From the IMG/VR virus record IMGVR_UViG_3300035698_022349: a DNA stretch of 17,941 bases; one strand, given 5' to 3'. The translations under genes and the position numbers were made by a program. Under the pieces are notes generated by a model. It saw only the letters and a list, made by a program, of their open reading frames with translations. It made no database searches and had not been told where the DNA came from. This DNA comes from a virus. This document shows, piece by piece, positions 14,492 through 17,941 of the stretch. Each line of letters starts with the position of its first letter. Positions within the stretch are counted from its first letter, which is position 1.

Positions 14492-14704
14492 ATGCAAAGA
14501 TGTGCAAAAGTCTATAAAGACGGAGTTTACATCGGTGAGGAAGATTGCGTGGAAGTCTCCGATGAGGAGCTCGCTGAGGAGCAAGAACAGAGGGTTATGG
14601 AGAAGGCAGAGCAGCTCATCGATGCCATTAAGAGCCTTGCCGACGCTAAGGTATTTCTCAAACGCCTGGTCCGCAGGTTATTAAACAGTGGAGCGTTGCC
14701 CTAA
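14492..14704 (+). CDS. Hypothetical acidic helical protein, 70 aa
   Basis: AAGGAG lies about 6 nt upstream, and the stop abuts the next ATG at 14705. Confidence 0.55.
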   Translation: MQRCAKVYKDGVYIGEEDCVEVSDEELAEEQEQRVMEKAEQLIDAIKSLADAKVFLKRLVRRLLNSGALP

Positions 14705-15463
14705 ATGAACTTAACAGATATGAGAAATCGGGTCCGTGAGGACCTCCAGGATGAGGACGCCGCTAACTATCGCTTCACCAACGACCAGGTGGACGGAGCC
14801 ATCGAGCGGGTAGTCAGGGAGTTTTCCCTGGCGAGTCCTCTGGAGGAACAAGACGAAATCACCACCACAGCCGACGCCAGGGAGCTCGACATCTCCAGCC
14901 TTTCGGACCTCTTAGCGATCGTCTCCGTGGAGTATCCCATGGACTTAACGCCGCCCTATTATCAGAGGTTCACGTCCTGGGGAGGCAAGCTCTACATGAC
15001 AGACGAGGGAGACGGCACGAAGAAAGCCCGTGTCAGGTGGCACAAGTGGCATACCCTACTCGGAGCCACAGCCTGGGTAGCAGCCACGGCCTACGTTCTG
15101 GGAGACATCGTCGTCCCTACCACAAGCAACGGCTTCTGGTATGAGTGCACCACAGCGGGCACTTCAGCAGGCGCAGAGCCCACCTGGCCCACCACGGAGG
15201 GCGGCACAGTGGCCGACAACACGGCTACCTGGACATGCCGCACTTCCGCTATCCCGCAGCAGCATGAGGAACTTATCGTCTTAGGCACTACAGGCTACCT
15301 CGCCACCTCAGCATCCGTTTACACCGTGGACAAAGCCACCATCGCTGGCAGACATGCCACCATAAACTTCTTGAAGTGGGGACGGCAAAGGCTCGACCGC
15401 TACGAGAAGAAGCTTAAACAATTCGCCAACCGGGTAGTCTCAAAGGAGTTCTACACGGAATGA
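14705..15463 (+). CDS. Putative head-tail adaptor or neck protein with an inserted Trp/Thr/Gly-rich beta domain
   Basis: The N-terminus (MNLTDMRNRVREDLQDED..YRFTNDQVDGAIERV) has the style of head-tail connector proteins. The insert is TAYVLGDIVVPTTSNGFWYECTTAGTSAGAEPTWPTTEGGTVADNTATWTC. Confidence 0.45.
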   Translation: MNLTDMRNRVREDLQDEDAANYRFTNDQVDGAIERVVREFSLASPLEEQDEITTTADARELDISSLSDLLAIVSVEYPMDLTPPYYQRFTSWGGKLYMTDEGDGTKKARVRWHKWHTLLGATAWVAATAYVLGDIVVPTTSNGFWYECTTAGTSAGAEPTWPTTEGGTVADNTATWTCRTSAIPQQHEELIVLGTTGYLATSASVYTVDKATIAGRHATINFLKWGRQRLDRYEKKLKQFANRVVSKEFYTE

Positions 15464-15518
15464 GGAGAAATGCCAAGCACCAATGCTCCATACATACATA
15501 AGAATTGAGGTTTAATTT

Positions 15519-15728
15519 ATGTTAGAGATCGGCGTCCTCAAGACCTGGGACAGCGGCACATACAAGGCGGGCGTGCAGTTCGCAGGGAGCTTGACGACCT
15601 ATTTCGATAACCTTAACGTAGCCCGAAACATCGCCTCGGGCGATATGACCCTCGGCCGCAGCGTAATCATCGCTATGCCAGAAGGCAATCCCAAAGATGC
15701 CTGCGTCATCGCAGTATTTACCGTGTAA
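15519..15728 (+). CDS. Hypothetical small beta protein, 69 aa
   Basis: A GAGG RBS is present. The sequence is OB-like (GRSVIIAMPEGNPKDACVIAVF). Confidence 0.55.
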   Translation: MLEIGVLKTWDSGTYKAGVQFAGSLTTYFDNLNVARNIASGDMTLGRSVIIAMPEGNPKDACVIAVFTV

Positions 15729-15737
15729 GGAGGCAAC

Positions 15738-15830
15738 ATGAGCAAAATCAAACAAGCCAGGGAAAAGGCGGGCAAACCCGCCCCCGATACCCTCGGAGTC
15801 CTTGCCTGGCCGCTAAAACCTGACGCATAA
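15738..15830 (+). CDS. Possible micro-ORF, 30 aa
   Basis: AAGGAGG lies 4 nt before the ATG at 15738, with TAA at 15828-15830. Confidence 0.35.
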   Translation: MSKIKQAREKAGKPAPDTLGVLAWPLKPDA

Positions 15831-15916
15831 CAGACTAATGAGTGTAATAGGCCATAAAGAGAAAAACAGGCCCAATTTAGAGCCTCTCAGAGCGAGGTTG
15901 TAGCTGACATAAGACA

Positions 15917-16120
15917 ATGAACATCGAAGACACGTTCAGAGCAGTCACCCGTCCCATTGTAACCATCATCTTCGCCGCCACCATCGCCCAGGTCGTGGTG
16001 GAGAGAATCGATGCCCCGGAATGGTTCTTGGCCATGGCTGGCGTCGTTATCCTGGAATGGTGGGGTGAGAGGACAGTCAGGCACATCAAGGAGAACAAGC
16101 AAGGAGGTGCAGCACAGTGA
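15917..16120 (+). CDS. Holin-like protein with two transmembrane segments and a charged C-terminus
   Basis: IVTIIFAATIAQVVV and WFLAMAGVVILEWW are followed by GERTVRHIKENKQ. The SD is weak. Confidence 0.45.
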   Translation: MNIEDTFRAVTRPIVTIIFAATIAQVVVERIDAPEWFLAMAGVVILEWWGERTVRHIKENKQGGAAQ

Positions 16121-16380
16121 AAGTAGAGATCTTAGTCCCCGACATCACCAGGCTGGCCACAAAGACCAGGCTCGACGAGAATGGACTTTTGACCACAATT
16201 CAGTTTGAGGCCAAAATCAATCCGGGCAGCATCGCCCGCATACTTAACCTGGCCCGCCAGGGAGTCCCCATAATGGCCGCTATTTCCTCACCGCAGGCCC
16301 ACCTGGACTTGACCGTTTCTGAATATACCCCCGCCGAAGAAGTCCAGACAACCCTGGTAGAGGAAACCCACCCGGAGTAA
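16117..16380 (+). CDS. Hypothetical protein, 87 aa (GTG start)
   Basis: AAGGAGG precedes the GTG at 16117, which overlaps the previous stop. Confidence 0.55.
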   Translation: MKVEILVPDITRLATKTRLDENGLLTTIQFEAKINPGSIARILNLARQGVPIMAAISSPQAHLDLTVSEYTPAEEVQTTLVEETHPE

Positions 16381-16389
16381 GGAGAAGAA

Positions 16390-16536
16390 TTGAGGCGCAC
16401 AATGACAGATTGGGAAATTGTAAAGCTGGATATTGAAATGATGGCCACGGATCTAGGCTTTGCCCTGCTGTGTATTCTGGTTTTAGCTTGGCTTCCCTTT
16501 GCGTTGCTGTACTGGAGATTGAAGGAGGGTAAATGA
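16390..16536 (+). CDS. Small single-pass membrane protein, 44-48 aa
   Basis: AAGGAG at 16379-16384 lies 5 nt before the TTG at 16390, with an in-frame ATG at 16402. The hydrophobic core is LGFALLCILVLAWLPFALLYW. Confidence 0.45.
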   Translation: MRRTMTDWEIVKLDIEMMATDLGFALLCILVLAWLPFALLYWRLKEGK

Positions 16537-16541
16537 AAACC

Positions 16542-16665
16542 AGTAATAATTTTGCAGCCAAAATGACAATGAACTTTCCGCAATTAAGGAAGAGCGAAAA
16601 ATGCAAAAATATTACTACGTGAATCCTTCTAGCCCACGCCTGAGAACCTAGTAATAATTTTGTAG
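16542..16665. repeat. Pair of 16-nt direct repeats AGTAATAATTTTG[C/T]AG in an AT-rich island
   Basis: The copies at 16542-16557 and 16650-16665 match at 15 of 16 positions and are 108 bp apart. Confidence 0.8.
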
Positions 16666-16691
16666 GGAAAAGCCAGCAGAATAGCAAACAA

Positions 16692-16913
16692 ATGAAAATC
16701 CCATGGCGAGACTTTATGAACACCCCGGACGAGCTCCACGCCTTTGTCATCGGTCTTTGTGAGATCCTTGCCCCCTGGCCAGCTAGATATTGGACATTTG
16801 GAGCTAGACTGAAGGAGATAGAGGATGAACACCACTATTACATGTTCGGCCGAGCCATGGGCGTCATTGCCTGGCTAATCATTGCCAAAATAATCCAGGA
16901 GGTCTTTTGGTAA
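16692..16913 (+). CDS. Hypothetical protein, 73 aa, with a hydrophobic C-terminal helix
   Basis: The translation is protein-like and ends GVIAWLIIAKIIQEVFW. There is no strong SD. Confidence 0.5.
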   Translation: MKIPWRDFMNTPDELHAFVIGLCEILAPWPARYWTFGARLKEIEDEHHYYMFGRAMGVIAWLIIAKIIQEVFW

Positions 16914-17024
16914 AACCAAAAGTTAAGTAAAGTATCATTTTGCTGTTTAGCTTTAGTTTACTATGCTCGTCAAGTATAAAGGGCAAATTGGCATGATTTG
17001 TCAAGTAAGGTTCTTTAAGGTGAA

Positions 17025-17941
17025 ATGAGAACTCTAAGCGCCACTTTACTCGCCGCTCAGAAGAAGCCCGATAGGCTTCCCTATGTGGAGGCCAAGGTCT
17101 ATGACTTCGAGCAAGGCATCAAACGCCTATCCTGGACCAGGATATACACTGGCGCAGAAACCGACGACCATCATGGCATCGCCTTCGACGGCCAGGGCAG
17201 CATGCACCGCATCAGGGCAGCAGCCAGTAATAAGCTCTACTGGCAGAAAATCACCAGCCCGGGCTCAGGCAGCGATTATACTTCCTGGACGGAGATCGCC
17301 GCCGACTGCACCGGTCCCTGTGCTATCGCGGCTTATGGAGCTAAAGTCTATATCTTCTACCGCAAGACCGATAACACTCTGAGGAAGTATTACAGCCATG
17401 ACTATGGCGCTAACTGGACCAACGCCCAGCTTGTAGCTTATGCCGACGTCCTCTCTATGGCAGCGTGTTGGTGGGGAACGGGCGATATCGTGGTTTGCTT
17501 CGCCCTCAAAGCCAGCGAGGTTAACGGCATTGTCCTGGACAGCTCAGACCAGTCCACTACCCCGAACACCTGGAACGATGCCACCCACCCCTTATCTACC
17601 ACCTATGGCATCGGAGCTACCTATAACGCCTTCTGGCCAGGCTGTGAGCTTGTCCTTGCTGGCAAGGAGACAGATACCCCATACAATCACTACAACCTTT
17701 TCAGGACCTTATTCAGCGCAGCCTATAACTTCACCGCCCTGGAGAGCTTCCTTATGTCCCCCGACGGAGAGAACATCACCTATGAATACCCCGATTGCCA
17801 TTTGCCAGCGTCACCCGAAAGCTACGAGACCACCCGAATAACAGGCGTTGAGAAGTTCACCGGCACTACCGCTTACACCCGACCCCTTACCTGCCACCTG
17901 GTTAAAGGCACTTACTTTTCTGACACCACCTTCACCGAGCC
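17025..17941 (+). CDS. 5' part of the 682-aa tail hub protein: N-terminal region with an Asp-box (BNR-like) motif; continues at base 128 of the window
   Basis: The ATG at 17025 is the first start after an in-frame TAA at 17016, and the frame stays open to the window end. SHDYGANW (17394-17417) fits the Asp-box SxDxGxxW. Repeated beta-strand-like segments suggest a propeller. Confidence 0.7.
   Translation, partial: MRTLSATLLAAQKKPDRLPYVEAKVYDFEQGIKRLSWTRIYTGAETDDHHGIAFDGQGSMHRIRAAASNKLYWQKITSPGSGSDYTSWTEIAADCTGPCAIAAYGAKVYIFYRKTDNTLRKYYSHDYGANWTNAQLVAYADVLSMAACWWGTGDIVVCFALKASEVNGIVLDSSDQSTTPNTWNDATHPLSTTYGIGATYNAFWPGCELVLAGKETDTPYNHYNLFRTLFSAAYNFTALESFLMSPDGENITYEYPDCHLPASPESYETTRITGVEKFTGTTAYTRPLTCHLVKGTYFSDTTFTE
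17815..17941. repeat. Right copy of the exact 127-bp terminal direct repeat
   Basis: Identical to 1-127. A length of 127 matches a common assembler k-mer size. Confidence 0.97.

Larger units (their letters stand above)
1..17941. mobile_element. Complete small temperate tailed-phage (or phage-like) genome, circular assembly unit 17,814 bp
   Basis: The two ends share an exact 127-bp overlap. Integrase, TerL, portal, capsid and a tail hub gene are all present, and one gene is split by the window ends and stays in phase across them. Confidence 0.8.

Noticed and set aside
1-17941. Stop-codon reassignment (alternative genetic code) as an explanation for the integrase read-through and the ORF-free block
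   Set aside because: TAA, TAG and TGA each terminate several well-supported genes at the expected positions (for example TAG at 2041, 12957 and 13870; TGA at 2601, 8726 and 10102; TAA at 1259, 11483 and 12033).

Overview
The window is a complete, circularly assembled genome of about 17.8 kb from a small temperate tailed phage or phage-like element. Bases 1-127 are identical to 17815-17941, so the unit length is 17,814 bp, and one 682-aa tail gene runs across the junction. Nearly all genes are on the + strand, tightly packed, with strong AAGGAGG Shine-Dalgarno sites and many overlapping stop/start junctions (TAATG, ATGA). In order from the promoter they are: tyrosine integrase, small DNA-binding proteins, putative TerS, TerL, portal, scaffold, HK97-like capsid, head/neck proteins, holin-like membrane proteins, a tail hub protein with an Asp-box N-terminal region and a gpD-like C-terminal half, RusA resolvase, and several small zinc-ribbon proteins. 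The only - strand genes are a two-gene cassette (6000-6415). It sits between the only clear intrinsic terminator (5942-5971) and a near-consensus sigma70 promoter (6534-6562). The most unusual feature is an ORF-free, A-poor, hairpin-dense block of about 1.2 kb (2823-4045, about 7% of the genome). It could be a large structured RNA, an origin, or an att/pac region. Other oddities are an integrase ORF that reads through an AT-rich spacer and 220 nt into the next gene, dispersed (CTTCG)3 pentanucleotide repeats, a nearly C-free polypurine tract, and a very reduced gene set. By eye I found no tRNA, rRNA, CRISPR array, reverse transcriptase, endolysin, replication initiator, tail tube or tape measure. 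All functional calls come from motif recall, not database searches.
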